64,000 nucleotides of DNA from an uncultured Candidatus Saccharibacteria bacterium (GCA_964397435.1 CAYNHU010000006.1:344-64343), one strand, 5' to 3'. Shown: positions 38,329-48,175, counted from the first letter of the stretch. Program-made: numbers and translations. Notes: a model not told the origin generated them from the sequence alone.

Positions 38329-39099
38329 ATGGCAGCAATCATCAAAACAGCTGAAGAAATTGAATTGTTACGTGAAGGTGGTAAACGCCTCGCGCGTATT
38401 TTGGCAGAAGTTGCAACACATGTGCGACCAGGTATTTCATCATGGGAGCTTGATCAAATCGCAGAAGACTTGATTCGTGCGGGTGGCGACGAACCAGCAT
38501 TCAAACACTACAAACCGGCACTTCACATGAAACCATTTCCTGCATCACTTTGTGTCTCAGTAAACAACGAAATCGTCCATGGTATTCCATCAAAAGATGT
38601 TGTACTTAAAGAAGGCGATATTGTTTCGCTTGATCTTGGATTGAAACACAAGGGATTGTTTACTGATCATGCGATTACTGTGCCAGTTGGGAATGTTGCT
38701 AAATCTGATCTTGAATTACTTCGTGTAACCAAAGAAGCATTGCTTGTTGGTATCGATGTTGCTCGAGGTGGTAATCGCGTTGGCGACATCGGCTATGCTA
38801 TTGAACAGTACGTCAAAAAATACGGATATGGTATCACACGTGACCTCTCAGGGCACGGTGTTGGCCGTGCGATTCACGAAGATCCATATATTCCAAACTA
38901 TGGTAAAGCAGGCAAAGGAGAACTCCTCAAGCCTGGTATGGTTATTGCTATTGAACCGATGTTTAATCTCGGCGGAGATCCAACAGTTGTTGCTCGTGAT
39001 GGATACACGGTAAAAACAGCTGACGGCTCACGCAGTGCTCACTTTGAACACACAGTACATATTACTGAAGGGGAAGCGGAGATTTTGACACAAGTATAG
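38329..39099 (+). CDS. map: Methionine aminopeptidase type I
   Basis: Metal ligands in D(I)VSLD, HGIGR-like and EPM contexts; pita-bread fold length. Confidence 0.92.
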   Translation: MAAIIKTAEEIELLREGGKRLARILAEVATHVRPGISSWELDQIAEDLIRAGGDEPAFKHYKPALHMKPFPASLCVSVNNEIVHGIPSKDVVLKEGDIVSLDLGLKHKGLFTDHAITVPVGNVAKSDLELLRVTKEALLVGIDVARGGNRVGDIGYAIEQYVKKYGYGITRDLSGHGVGRAIHEDPYIPNYGKAGKGELLKPGMVIAIEPMFNLGGDPTVVARDGYTVKTADGSRSAHFEHTVHITEGEAEILTQV

Positions 39100-39116
39100 T
39101 TTTTCTGAAGTTTCTA

Positions 39117-39149
39117 GAAACGGGATGTGAACACATCCCGTTTCTTTTG
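39117..39149 (+). terminator. Terminator after map
   Basis: gaaacgggatgtg-aa-cacatcccgtttcttttg. Confidence 0.85.
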
Positions 39150-39178
39150 CGTAGTAATTACAGTATAATACTAACAAT

Positions 39179-41911
39179 ATGGAAGGTTTTCCTCAGAATG
39201 CAGCTCCTAAGTTTAAGTCTCCTGAAGAAGAGATTGCGTTTTTGCGTGAACGTATCGCAGAGCGTGAACGTCAGATGGAGGGTGCCGGACTTGGTGGTGG
39301 TCAAGAAAAAGCTACACAAGACGTTGTCGAAGCGTACAAAAAAGCGGACGCTCGCGATATTCTTCACGAAGCACGTGTGATGCCTGAGCATCAAGTTGAA
39401 GCACTGGTTCTCAAGCTTCGTCCTGAAGCACACGACCGCAAAATGGAAGAACTCCTCGGTATCTTGATGGATCAGGGTATCAAATCTGCACTTGATATTG
39501 TCGCTGCACTTCAAAATCCTCACGTTGATAGTGACTTCCATCGTTTCCTCGTTCAGTATCTTCACGCAACACACGGTATTCCGGGACTCGTTGAATCAAA
39601 TCCGATTTGGAAGGGTATTGATATGCGTTTGTTTGAAATTACGTTGCCTGCGCAAGACAAAGAAAATACTCGTGGCTACAAAGAATTTATCCAAGCGATG
39701 GAGCAGTTCTACGCTGGCATGTTAAATGTTGGTGGTACAAACAATAGCGAACGACGATATTACACACTTGAAATTGCGCTTTCAAATGATGGCGACCAAG
39801 TTCTTTTCTATGCTGCTATCCCAACAAGTAAAGTTGATCTCTTTGAAAAGCAAGTACTCGGTTTTTACCAAGACGCAAAACTCCGTGAGGTCACTGATGA
39901 TTACAATATCTTTACTGAAAGTGGTTACGCTGTTGGTTCATATGCTCAGCTCGGTGAGACTGAAGTCTATCCAATCAAAACTCACGAAACTATTGAACAC
40001 GATCCAATGGGTGCTATTGTGAATGCCTTTTCAAAACTCAAATCACAAGGTGAAGGCGCAGCATTGCAGATTGTCATTATGCCAGCTGGCGAAACATTGG
40101 TAAAAGATTTTTCACATATTTTGCACCGTGTTAAACACGAAAAGATTCGCGCCAAAGAAGCAGTCAAACAGATGCACTCAATCGCGCGTCAGACATTCCA
40201 CTTTTTGAAGGGAATTGGCACAGATCCAAAAGACCTTGAAAAGAAAGAAGCAAATCAGAAAGATATTGAACATATTCAGAATAAGTTAAAGAGCACCGTA
40301 TTGTATGCCGGTATTCGTATTGTTGCGTCTGCAGAAACCAAAGAACGCGCAAAAGACATTGTTCGTGAAATTGAAGCCGCGTTTAACCAGTTCAACGAGC
40401 CGCTCGCAAACCGTATTGAATGGCACCGAACAGAGGAGCGTGACGCGAATCAGTTTTTCCGTGACTATTCATATCGCCAGATGCATGATAGTGAACTGCT
40501 CCCGCTTAACCTCAAAGAACTCGCTTCAATCTTCCACTTCCCAGTTGGTGTTTCAGGTGCTCCGCAGCTTAAACAGGCAAAATCAGCGACTGCTCCAGCT
40601 CCGTTTGAGATGAATACTAAAGGCATAAGTCTTGGTATTAACGAATATCGAGGTGAAATGCGTCCTGTATACATGGGACGTGAAGATCGTGTTCGTCACA
40701 CTTATGTAATCGGTCAAACTGGTACTGGTAAAACGGTGTTCTTGAAAAACATGATTATTCAGGACATCAAAAATGGTGACGGTGTTTGTTTCATCGATCC
40801 GCACGGTTCTGATATCCAAGACATTTTGGCGAACATTCCAAAAGAACGCATTGACGATGTGATCTACTTTGATCCTGCATATATTGATCGTCCGATGGGT
40901 CTCAATATGCTTGAATACGATCCAAAGTATCCAGAGCAAAAGACATTCGTAGTGAACGAATTGTTGGCGATTTTCAACAAGCTCTTTGATATGAAGACTG
41001 CCGGCGGTCCTGCGTTCGAACAATATTTCCGTAACTCAGCATTGTTGGTTATGGAAGATCCTTCCTCAGGTATGACACTCCTTGAAATCGGACGTGTGCT
41101 TGCTGACAAGGAATTCCGAGATTTGAAATTGTCACGCTGTAAAAATCCAATCATCAAACAGTTTTGGCAGAATGCGGAACAGACAACAGGGGAACAATCA
41201 CTTGCGAACTTCGTGCCGTACGTTACGAACAAGTTCGATGTGTTTATCTCAAACGACATCATGCGTCCGGTGGTTGCTCAAGAAAAGTCAGTGTTCAATT
41301 TCCGTGAAATTATGGATAACAAGAAAATTCTTTTGGTGAATCTTTCAAAAGGACGACTCGGAGATATTAACGCGAACCTCATTGGCCTTATCTTAGTTGG
41401 TAAAATAACGATGGCAGCCCTTTCTCGTGTAGACATTGTGGGGACAGGCAAACCGGTGCATGACTTCTATCTCTATATTGATGAATTCCAGAACATTACC
41501 ACTGACTCTATTGAAGTTATTCTCTCTGAAGCTCGTAAATACCGTCTCTCACTCAATATTGCGCACCAGTACATTGAACAGCTTGAAGACAACATCAAAA
41601 ATGCTGTGTTTGGTAACGTCGGTACTATGGTGGTTCACCGTGTTTCAACAGAAAATGCTGAAATGTTTGCAAAACAGTTTGAACCAGAATTTACACCAAA
41701 GGATATTATCAAGCTTGAAAACTTGAATTGTTACATCAAGATGTTGGTCAATGGTATGCCAGCAAAACCATTTAACTCAAAAACACCATTTCCACCAAAA
41801 GGCTCACCAGAAATGGCAGCAAAACTCAAAGAACTTTCATACCTCAAGTTTGGTCGTGATCGTGAAGAAGTTGAAGCAGAAATCATGGAGCGATATAACT
41901 ACAACGCATAA
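39179..41911 (+). CDS. Large soluble P-loop NTPase of the VirD4/TraD/TraG coupling-protein (TrwB_AAD_bind/DUF87-like) type, with ~450-aa N-terminal alpha-helical domain of unknown function
   Basis: Walker A GQTGTGKT followed by CFIDPHGSD (the DPKGE-like box of T4CP/VirB4 ATPases). Walker B LYIDEFQN and ARKYRLSLNIAHQ. No TM segments. Confidence 0.6.
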   Translation: MEGFPQNAAPKFKSPEEEIAFLRERIAERERQMEGAGLGGGQEKATQDVVEAYKKADARDILHEARVMPEHQVEALVLKLRPEAHDRKMEELLGILMDQGIKSALDIVAALQNPHVDSDFHRFLVQYLHATHGIPGLVESNPIWKGIDMRLFEITLPAQDKENTRGYKEFIQAMEQFYAGMLNVGGTNNSERRYYTLEIALSNDGDQVLFYAAIPTSKVDLFEKQVLGFYQDAKLREVTDDYNIFTESGYAVGSYAQLGETEVYPIKTHETIEHDPMGAIVNAFSKLKSQGEGAALQIVIMPAGETLVKDFSHILHRVKHEKIRAKEAVKQMHSIARQTFHFLKGIGTDPKDLEKKEANQKDIEHIQNKLKSTVLYAGIRIVASAETKERAKDIVREIEAAFNQFNEPLANRIEWHRTEERDANQFFRDYSYRQMHDSELLPLNLKELASIFHFPVGVSGAPQLKQAKSATAPAPFEMNTKGISLGINEYRGEMRPVYMGREDRVRHTYVIGQTGTGKTVFLKNMIIQDIKNGDGVCFIDPHGSDIQDILANIPKERIDDVIYFDPAYIDRPMGLNMLEYDPKYPEQKTFVVNELLAIFNKLFDMKTAGGPAFEQYFRNSALLVMEDPSSGMTLLEIGRVLADKEFRDLKLSRCKNPIIKQFWQNAEQTTGEQSLANFVPYVTNKFDVFISNDIMRPVVAQEKSVFNFREIMDNKKILLVNLSKGRLGDINANLIGLILVGKITMAALSRVDIVGTGKPVHDFYLYIDEFQNITTDSIEVILSEARKYRLSLNIAHQYIEQLEDNIKNAVFGNVGTMVVHRVSTENAEMFAKQFEPEFTPKDIIKLENLNCYIKMLVNGMPAKPFNSKTPFPPKGSPEMAAKLKELSYLKFGRDREEVEAEIMERYNYNA

Positions 41912-41916
41912 TCTAC

Positions 41917-42489
41917 ATGGAGGAAATTGAAGTAAAATTTTTACATATCGATCGGCAAGCTTTTGAACAAAAGCTTGCCGATCTTGGTGCGACCAAAGTA
42001 GGCGACTACAACTATCGCCGGAAGATTTTTGATTTTGCAGACAATCGGTTAGACGCTGAAGGCGCATGGATCCGACTTCGTGACGAAGGTGAAAAAGTTA
42101 CACTTACATACAAGCAACGCTTTGGCGTTCCAAGTCCACACGCACTCACCGGTGGTGGCATGCATGAGCTTGAAGTTGTCGTGAGTTCGTTTGAAGAGAC
42201 AGAAAAACTGCTTACCGCAATCGGTCTCGTTGAATGCACGTATATTGAAAACAAACGCACTCGATATATGCTTGACGATGTAGAAATTGACATTGATACA
42301 TGGCCGCTTCTTGATCCATTTGTTGAAATTGAAGGTACAAGCTGGGACGCTGTTCAGGCGATGGCTGAGCGTCTCGGGTTTGATTGGTCTACGCATGTAC
42401 GTGGCTCAAGTCGCGCAATCTTCAAAGAAGCCGGTTTCGATGAGGATGCATACAAGATTTTGACCTTTAGTACTCAGGTTAAGCGTTAA
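41917..42489 (+). CDS. CYTH-domain protein (class IV adenylyl cyclase / triphosphate-tunnel metalloenzyme-like)
   Basis: N-terminal EIEVKF (ExExK) signature and ~190-aa size of CyaB-like CYTH proteins. Begins 5 nt after the ATPase stop. Confidence 0.65.
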   Translation: MEEIEVKFLHIDRQAFEQKLADLGATKVGDYNYRRKIFDFADNRLDAEGAWIRLRDEGEKVTLTYKQRFGVPSPHALTGGGMHELEVVVSSFEETEKLLTAIGLVECTYIENKRTRYMLDDVEIDIDTWPLLDPFVEIEGTSWDAVQAMAERLGFDWSTHVRGSSRAIFKEAGFDEDAYKILTFSTQVKR

Positions 42490-42552
42490 TTGCGAAAAGC
42501 TGAATTTCTGCTACAATGCGGCTATTATTGGATTAGATAGAGAACGCTACGT

Positions 42553-43020
42553 ATGCAATTAGAACGCACACTTATTATTCTCAAACCAGATGCTGTACAG
42601 CGTAATTTGGTTGGAGAAGTCATCTCACGCTTTGAACGTAAGGGTTTGAAGGTTATCGGCATGAAGATGATGAATGTCGAAGATGTAACCCTCGAAGAAC
42701 ACTACGCTCACATCAAAGACAAGCCATTTTTCCCAGGCATTCGTGATTTCATGAAATCAACTCCTGTGGTAGTCTTGGCTCTCGAAGGTATTAATACAGT
42801 TTCTTCAGTACGACTTATTGTCGGACCAACAAAAGGTTGGGAAGCAGCTGCTGGTACTATTCGTGGTGATTTTTCACTCTCAACTCAGTCAAACTTAGTG
42901 CATGCTTCAGATTCTGTTGAAGCAGCAGAAGTAGAAGTTGCTCGATTCTTCAAAGCTGACGAACTCTTCTCATACCAGAAGATTGATACTGACTTTGTGT
43001 ACGCTGAACACAAGAAATAA
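42553..43020 (+). CDS. ndk: Nucleoside diphosphate kinase
   Basis: ERTLIILKPD, GPTKGWEAAAGTIRGDF and NLVHASDS motifs. Confidence 0.92.
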   Translation: MQLERTLIILKPDAVQRNLVGEVISRFERKGLKVIGMKMMNVEDVTLEEHYAHIKDKPFFPGIRDFMKSTPVVVLALEGINTVSSVRLIVGPTKGWEAAAGTIRGDFSLSTQSNLVHASDSVEAAEVEVARFFKADELFSYQKIDTDFVYAEHKK

Positions 43021-43046
43021 TTAAATATAACGAGAGAATATATTTC

Positions 43047-43076
43047 AAAACCCGCCTGCAAGCGGGTTTTGTGTTG
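43047..43076 (+). terminator. Terminator after ndk (second copy of the repeated element)
   Basis: aaaacccgc-ctgcaa-gcgggttttg. Confidence 0.8.
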
Positions 43077-43360
43077 CAGAAAATAAGAAAACATATTTGG
43101 TAACTTCGTAAAATTCGTGTTCAGACGAGTAATCCACTTGCGAACTAGTACAGGAACGGTATACTCAATGTAGGATTATTTCGGAGTATCACTTAGAACA
43201 AATATTTTAGGGGATCCTCGATTGATTCTGGCTTTGGCCACAAGCATCTGGAACCCACTTAGCTTCTTGCTAAGGTGATATCTGCCAAATAGTCCTAAAA
43301 AGAAGCTCTCCACAGTTTGTTGGAGGGATTTTTTTATGCAAATACGGTATACTTTGTGTA

Positions 43361-44743
43361 ATGGAAACACAAAACGACATTCGCTATCCGTTAAAAATCA
43401 CATTCTGCTCTGGTGCAGGATCGGTTACTGGCGCGAATTTTTTAATTGAAGCTGATAATAAAAAAATTCTCGTCGATTGCGGCATGATTCAGGGCGAAAG
43501 TATCGCTGACAAGGAAAACTGGGCACCTTTTATCTATAATGCAGAAGAAATTGATATTCTTTTCATCACACACTGTCATATTGATCACATTGGACGCATT
43601 CCAAAGTTGATTCATGATGGTTTCAAGGGACGTATTTACTCAACAAAACCAACAAAAGAGCTTTCAGGTCCAATGCTTGAAGATACAGCCGCGATTGTAG
43701 GCAAAGACAAAGAGAATGGTTTGGATAAAATCTATACAGGGGAGACCATCAAAGCATCGATGGGGCTTTGGGATACCTTTGAATATCATGAAGTTACAAA
43801 CATTACTCCACAACTATCATTTCGTTTACTCGATGCTGGACATGTCCTCGGTTCATCAATGATTGAGTTTACATTTAACGGTAAGAAAATTGTTTTTACC
43901 GGTGACTTGGGCAACTCACCATCACCAATTTTGCGCGATACTGAAACATTAGAAAATGTCGATTATCTTGTTATGGAAAGTGTGTACGGTGATCGTAAAC
44001 ACGAAGATCGAGATATTCGCCAACAGCGTCTTCAGGAGGTTATTCAGGATAACTACAAGCGCCGCGGTGTTTTGATTATGCCGACATTTTCACTTGAGCG
44101 CAGCCAGGAACTTTTGTATGAAATAAATAACTTGGTTGAAAATGAGCGTGTTCCTAAAATGCCAGTGTATTTCGATTCACCACTTGGTATTAAATTGACT
44201 GAAATTTTCAAGAAGTACCCACAGTATTTTAATCCACTCGTGCAAGAAGTTTTCAAAACTGATAGTGATATTTTTAAATTTCCAGGACTACGCATTACTC
44301 GAGACACGGATGATTCAAAAGAAATTCTCCACATCCCAAATCCAAAGATTGTGATTGCGGGCTCAGGTATGTCAAACGGTGGACGTATTCTTCATCATGA
44401 ATTGAATTACTTGCCAGATGCTAACAATACTATTCTCCTTACAGGATATCAGTCACAGGGGACTCTAGGACGTCGTATCGAAGACGGAGCAGCACATGTC
44501 ACGATTATGCATGAAACTGTGCCTGTACGGGCTCATATCGTCAAAATTGGTGGGTATTCTGGCCACAAAGACACTGATGCCCTTACTGATTTCGTCGCGG
44601 CGACGGCGGACAGTCTCAAAAAAGTCTTTGTTGTTATGGGAGAACCGAAAGCATCACTCTTTTTGGTTCAGAAACTACGTGATTTCCTTGGTGTAAACGC
44701 CGTTTCTCCTGACGTTGGTACAAGTGTTATTTTGGATTGTTAA
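43361..44743 (+). CDS. MBL-fold beta-CASP ribonuclease (RNase J/CPSF-like, RNA-metabolising metallo-beta-lactamase)
   Basis: ITFCSGAGSVTGANFLIE, HCHIDHIGRIP (HxHxDH) and beta-CASP/RMMBL-length C-terminus. Confidence 0.75.
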   Translation: METQNDIRYPLKITFCSGAGSVTGANFLIEADNKKILVDCGMIQGESIADKENWAPFIYNAEEIDILFITHCHIDHIGRIPKLIHDGFKGRIYSTKPTKELSGPMLEDTAAIVGKDKENGLDKIYTGETIKASMGLWDTFEYHEVTNITPQLSFRLLDAGHVLGSSMIEFTFNGKKIVFTGDLGNSPSPILRDTETLENVDYLVMESVYGDRKHEDRDIRQQRLQEVIQDNYKRRGVLIMPTFSLERSQELLYEINNLVENERVPKMPVYFDSPLGIKLTEIFKKYPQYFNPLVQEVFKTDSDIFKFPGLRITRDTDDSKEILHIPNPKIVIAGSGMSNGGRILHHELNYLPDANNTILLTGYQSQGTLGRRIEDGAAHVTIMHETVPVRAHIVKIGGYSGHKDTDALTDFVAATADSLKKVFVVMGEPKASLFLVQKLRDFLGVNAVSPDVGTSVILDC

Positions 44744-45346
44744 TTGATACACATATATATGCAAGCTGGTAAACATAATTATCTTAAAATCAAAATAGGT
44801 GTTTCTGGGGCAAGCGAGACAGGAACTTGTGGTATCAACGCACTTGATCAGGCAAAAGAAATTGGACGAGAAGTTGCTCGTGCCGGCGCGATTTTGCTTA
44901 CAGGTGCATCTTCTGGTTTTCCGATGTGGGCGGCAATGGGAGCAAAAGAAGAAAAAGGTTTTGTCCTTGGGCTTTCTCCTGCAAGCACAGAACAAGAACA
45001 TCTCGATACATACCGAATGCCATTGTTGTACACTGATACCATTATCTACACTGGTTTTGGTGAACCAGGCAGAGATTTACTTTTTTCTCGTAGTGCGGAT
45101 GCAGTCGTAATTGGTTGCGGCAAGGTTGCGAGTGTGAACGAATTCAGTGTTGCTTTCGAGGAAGGTAAACCAATCGGTGTGCTCGAGGGCGAGGGTAGTA
45201 TCGCACCGCTCGTCAAAGACATTATGACTCGTGGTGGTTACCCAACACAAAATATTATTTTCGATACTGATCCACGTTCACTGGTTACTCAATTACTTGA
45301 AATCGTGTCACGTGAACGATCAGCTCATACTATAATTACAGAATAA
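44744..45346 (+). CDS. LOG/TIGR00725-like Rossmann-fold protein (DprA/Smf-related SLOG family)
   Basis: KIGVSGAS...GREVARAGAILLTGASSGFPMWAAMGA pattern of TIGR00725/LOG-like proteins. Confidence 0.5.
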   Translation: MIHIYMQAGKHNYLKIKIGVSGASETGTCGINALDQAKEIGREVARAGAILLTGASSGFPMWAAMGAKEEKGFVLGLSPASTEQEHLDTYRMPLLYTDTIIYTGFGEPGRDLLFSRSADAVVIGCGKVASVNEFSVAFEEGKPIGVLEGEGSIAPLVKDIMTRGGYPTQNIIFDTDPRSLVTQLLEIVSRERSAHTIITE

Positions 45347-45350
45347 TTGC

Positions 45351-47756
45351 ATGGAAAAACTTCAAGGTTTGTCAGAGAGAGAAGTTCGACATTTACGTAC
45401 TGTGTTTGGAAAAAATCTCGTGATTGCTGCAGAACACCAGTCAGCGTTTCAGAGTTTTTTGGCTGAATTTAAAAGCCCGCTTATCATCCTTTTATTGGTT
45501 GCAGCGGGTATTTCTTTTGCCACAGGAGATTCTGTGAGTGCTATTTTGATTGTTGCAATTATTATTATCAGCTCGACTATCAATTTCCTCGTTTCTCGTA
45601 AGTCAGAACATGCCGTTGCGGCGCTTGCTGCTCGAATCACACTCACTGCGCACGTGGTTCGCAGTGGTAAAGAACAAGAAATCCCCGTTGCTGATATTGT
45701 TCCAGGAGATGTTGTGGTGCTTGATGCTGGTAAGGTTGTCCCCGCCGATGGTGTTATTGTTTCAGGCAGTGATTTGTATGTAAACGAATCGAGTCTCACA
45801 GGTGAATCTGTGCCTGTTGAAAAAAATACACACGCTGAAGTGTACATGGGAAGTGGCGTTGTGACTGGACGCGCGTATATGAGTGTGACAGCCACAGGAC
45901 AAAAGACAAAGTTCTACGGTATTGTTTCACTACTCGCAACCGAAGAACGTCCTGGTGAATTTGAACGTGGCATCCGAGAATTTAGTATGCTCGTTACCAA
46001 AGTAGTGGTAGTGATGGTTGTGGTTGTATTTTTAATCAATGCTCTCTTGAAAGGGGAAGTTGTGCAATCACTTATTTTTGCATTGGCTATTGCGGTTGGT
46101 TTAACGCCTGAAATGTTGCCAATGATTATCGCGACAAATATTGCCAAAGCATCTATCACTATGTCCGAAAAAGGTGTTATCGTTAAAAAACTTTCGTCGG
46201 TAGAAAACTTTGGTAGTATGGATATTTTATGTACTGACAAAACAGGAACATTAACCGAAGATCATGTGAGTGTGGTTCGCTACGTTGATATTGAGGGGAG
46301 TGATTCTCCTGACGTGCTTGAACATGCATATGCTATGAGCATGCTCCACACTGGAACTAAAATGCCGCTCGATACAGCTATTGCTGAGTATCGTGAGTTT
46401 GATATTCATGAGTATCAGAAAGTTGATGAGATACCGTTTGATTTTGAGCGCCGGCGTGAAAGTATGGTAATCGACCACGCCGGCGCTCGCACGCTCGTAG
46501 TCAAAGGCGCACCAGAATCAGTACTTGCTACTGCTAGACTTTCTGAAGCAGCTCGCGCCAAAGCACTCACACTATTTGAAGCACTCTCTCAAGACGGCTA
46601 TCGTGTCATTGCTGTTGCATCAAAGCTCCTCTCGTTTGAATCACATACCTATACTATCGCTGATGAAAAAGAATTGGATTTTCTTGGCTTCATTGCATTT
46701 ATCGACCCACCAAAACCAGGCGTTGATGTCGTTTTGAAAGAGCTCGAAGATCGAGGGATCACTATCAAAATCATTACAGGAGATCACGCGCTTGTTGCTC
46801 AAAAGATTGCACGAGAAGTAGGTCTGACTGGCGATGTGCTCACTGCTGATGTTCTCGAATCACTGACTGATGAAGAGCTCGCACTTCGTTCAAAGACTGT
46901 AAGTGTGTTCGCTCGTGTAAATCCTGCACAGAAAAATCGCATCATTAGCGTGCTTCAATCACAAGGCCACGTTGTTGGTTACATGGGAGATGGTATCAAC
47001 GACGCTCCTGCACTTCATACCGCTGACGTTGGTATTTCAGTGAACAATGCTGTTGATGTTGCTAAAGAAGCGGCTGATATCATTTTGCTTGAAAAGAGTT
47101 TCCGTCAGCTTACCGATGGTGTTGTTGAAGGTCGTCGTACATTTGCTAACACGACGAAATACATTAGCATGGCAGTGAGTTCAAACTTCGGTAACATGTT
47201 TTCTATGACAGGTGCATCACTCTTTTTGCCATTTTTGCCAATGCTTCCAGTTCAGATTTTGCTCAACAATTTACTCTATGAGTCTTCGCAGATTGCACTC
47301 ACCACAGACTCTGTTGAACCAGAAATTCTCGCAAAACCAAATCCATGGAACATCGGCATGATTAAACGATTTATGTTTGTGTTCGGTACAGTAAGTTCAG
47401 TGTTTGATTTTATTACCTTTTATGTTTTGTATAAAATAATGATGTTGAGTGGCACAGCATTTCAAACTGGATGGTTTATTGAATCGTTTGCAACACAAGT
47501 TTTGGTTATCTTTGTTATTCGATCATACAAGCCACTCTTCCTTGCAGAACGACCACATCGCGCTGTTATCATCGCATCAATCTGTGCTGTTGGTCTCGCG
47601 TGGGTGATAGCATTAACACCACTTGGTGCAATCATCGGCTTCGTACAGCTTCCATTCATGACCGTTGCAGCTATCGTCCTCATTGTTCTTGTCTACCTCG
47701 TTGTTGCTGAGTACGTCAAAAGAATCTTCTACAAGAAGATTGCGGTGCTTGTGTAA
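45351..47756 (+). CDS. Cation-transporting P-type ATPase (Mg2+/Ca2+-type, P2/P3)
   Basis: TGES actuator motif, DKTGTLT phosphorylation site and GDGINDAPAL hinge; ten TM helices. Confidence 0.88.
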   Translation: MEKLQGLSEREVRHLRTVFGKNLVIAAEHQSAFQSFLAEFKSPLIILLLVAAGISFATGDSVSAILIVAIIIISSTINFLVSRKSEHAVAALAARITLTAHVVRSGKEQEIPVADIVPGDVVVLDAGKVVPADGVIVSGSDLYVNESSLTGESVPVEKNTHAEVYMGSGVVTGRAYMSVTATGQKTKFYGIVSLLATEERPGEFERGIREFSMLVTKVVVVMVVVVFLINALLKGEVVQSLIFALAIAVGLTPEMLPMIIATNIAKASITMSEKGVIVKKLSSVENFGSMDILCTDKTGTLTEDHVSVVRYVDIEGSDSPDVLEHAYAMSMLHTGTKMPLDTAIAEYREFDIHEYQKVDEIPFDFERRRESMVIDHAGARTLVVKGAPESVLATARLSEAARAKALTLFEALSQDGYRVIAVASKLLSFESHTYTIADEKELDFLGFIAFIDPPKPGVDVVLKELEDRGITIKIITGDHALVAQKIAREVGLTGDVLTADVLESLTDEELALRSKTVSVFARVNPAQKNRIISVLQSQGHVVGYMGDGINDAPALHTADVGISVNNAVDVAKEAADIILLEKSFRQLTDGVVEGRRTFANTTKYISMAVSSNFGNMFSMTGASLFLPFLPMLPVQILLNNLLYESSQIALTTDSVEPEILAKPNPWNIGMIKRFMFVFGTVSSVFDFITFYVLYKIMMLSGTAFQTGWFIESFATQVLVIFVIRSYKPLFLAERPHRAVIIASICAVGLAWVIALTPLGAIIGFVQLPFMTVAAIVLIVLVYLVVAEYVKRIFYKKIAVLV

Positions 47757-47788
47757 GCTACTACACTACTTTGCTATAAAGACAATAC

Positions 47789-47820
47789 AAAACCCCGCCG
47801 TACGGCGGGGTTTTGTATTT
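47789..47820. terminator. Bidirectional terminator (P-type ATPase / rplT)
   Basis: aaaaccccgccg-ta-cggcggggttttg. Confidence 0.85.
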
Positions 47821-47821
47821 A

Positions 47822-48166
47822 TTACTTAACCTGTGAGATCAAGCGTTCAAATGTTTCAGGGCTCTTTTCTGCAAGAGTTGCGAGAATTTTTCGGTCAAGG
47901 AGAATACCTTTCTTCTTGAGACTTCCCATCAATTTTGAGTATGAGATTGAGAAGGTGACTGCTGATGCGCCAATTTTGACGTTCCAGAGCTTGCGTTTGT
48001 CATTCTTCTTGTCGCGGCGATGTGCGAATGCGTGTGCACCTGCGTGGCGGATAGCATCGCGTGCCATGGCTTCCTTAGTACTGCGTCCAAATCGGTAGCC
48101 TTTGACTTGGGCGAGTGTATTGCGTCGTCGCTTTGACTTAATGACGCCTCGTTTTACTCGTGACAT
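47822..48166 (-). CDS. rplT: 50S ribosomal protein L20
   Basis: MSRVKRGV...AHRRDKK. Confidence 0.94.
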   Translation of the reverse strand: MSRVKRGVIKSKRRRNTLAQVKGYRFGRSTKEAMARDAIRHAGAHAFAHRRDKKNDKRKLWNVKIGASAVTFSISYSKLMGSLKKKGILLDRKILATLAEKSPETFERLISQVK

Positions 48167-48175
48167 ATCGTGCGA

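Noticed and set aside
43081-43360. Possible SRP RNA / 6S RNA / RNase P RNA in the 280-bp gap before the beta-CASP gene
   Set aside because: I could not find the SRP domain-IV GGAA-tetraloop motif, RNase P P4 elements, or a tRNA cloverleaf. Left as an unexplained intergenic region rather than a called ncRNA.
44744-44758. ATG at 44744 as the LOG-like gene start
   Set aside because: Not rejected outright. An alternative ATG at 44759 (MQAGKHNY…) is equally plausible, and the 44744 start was kept because it abuts the upstream stop with no gap.
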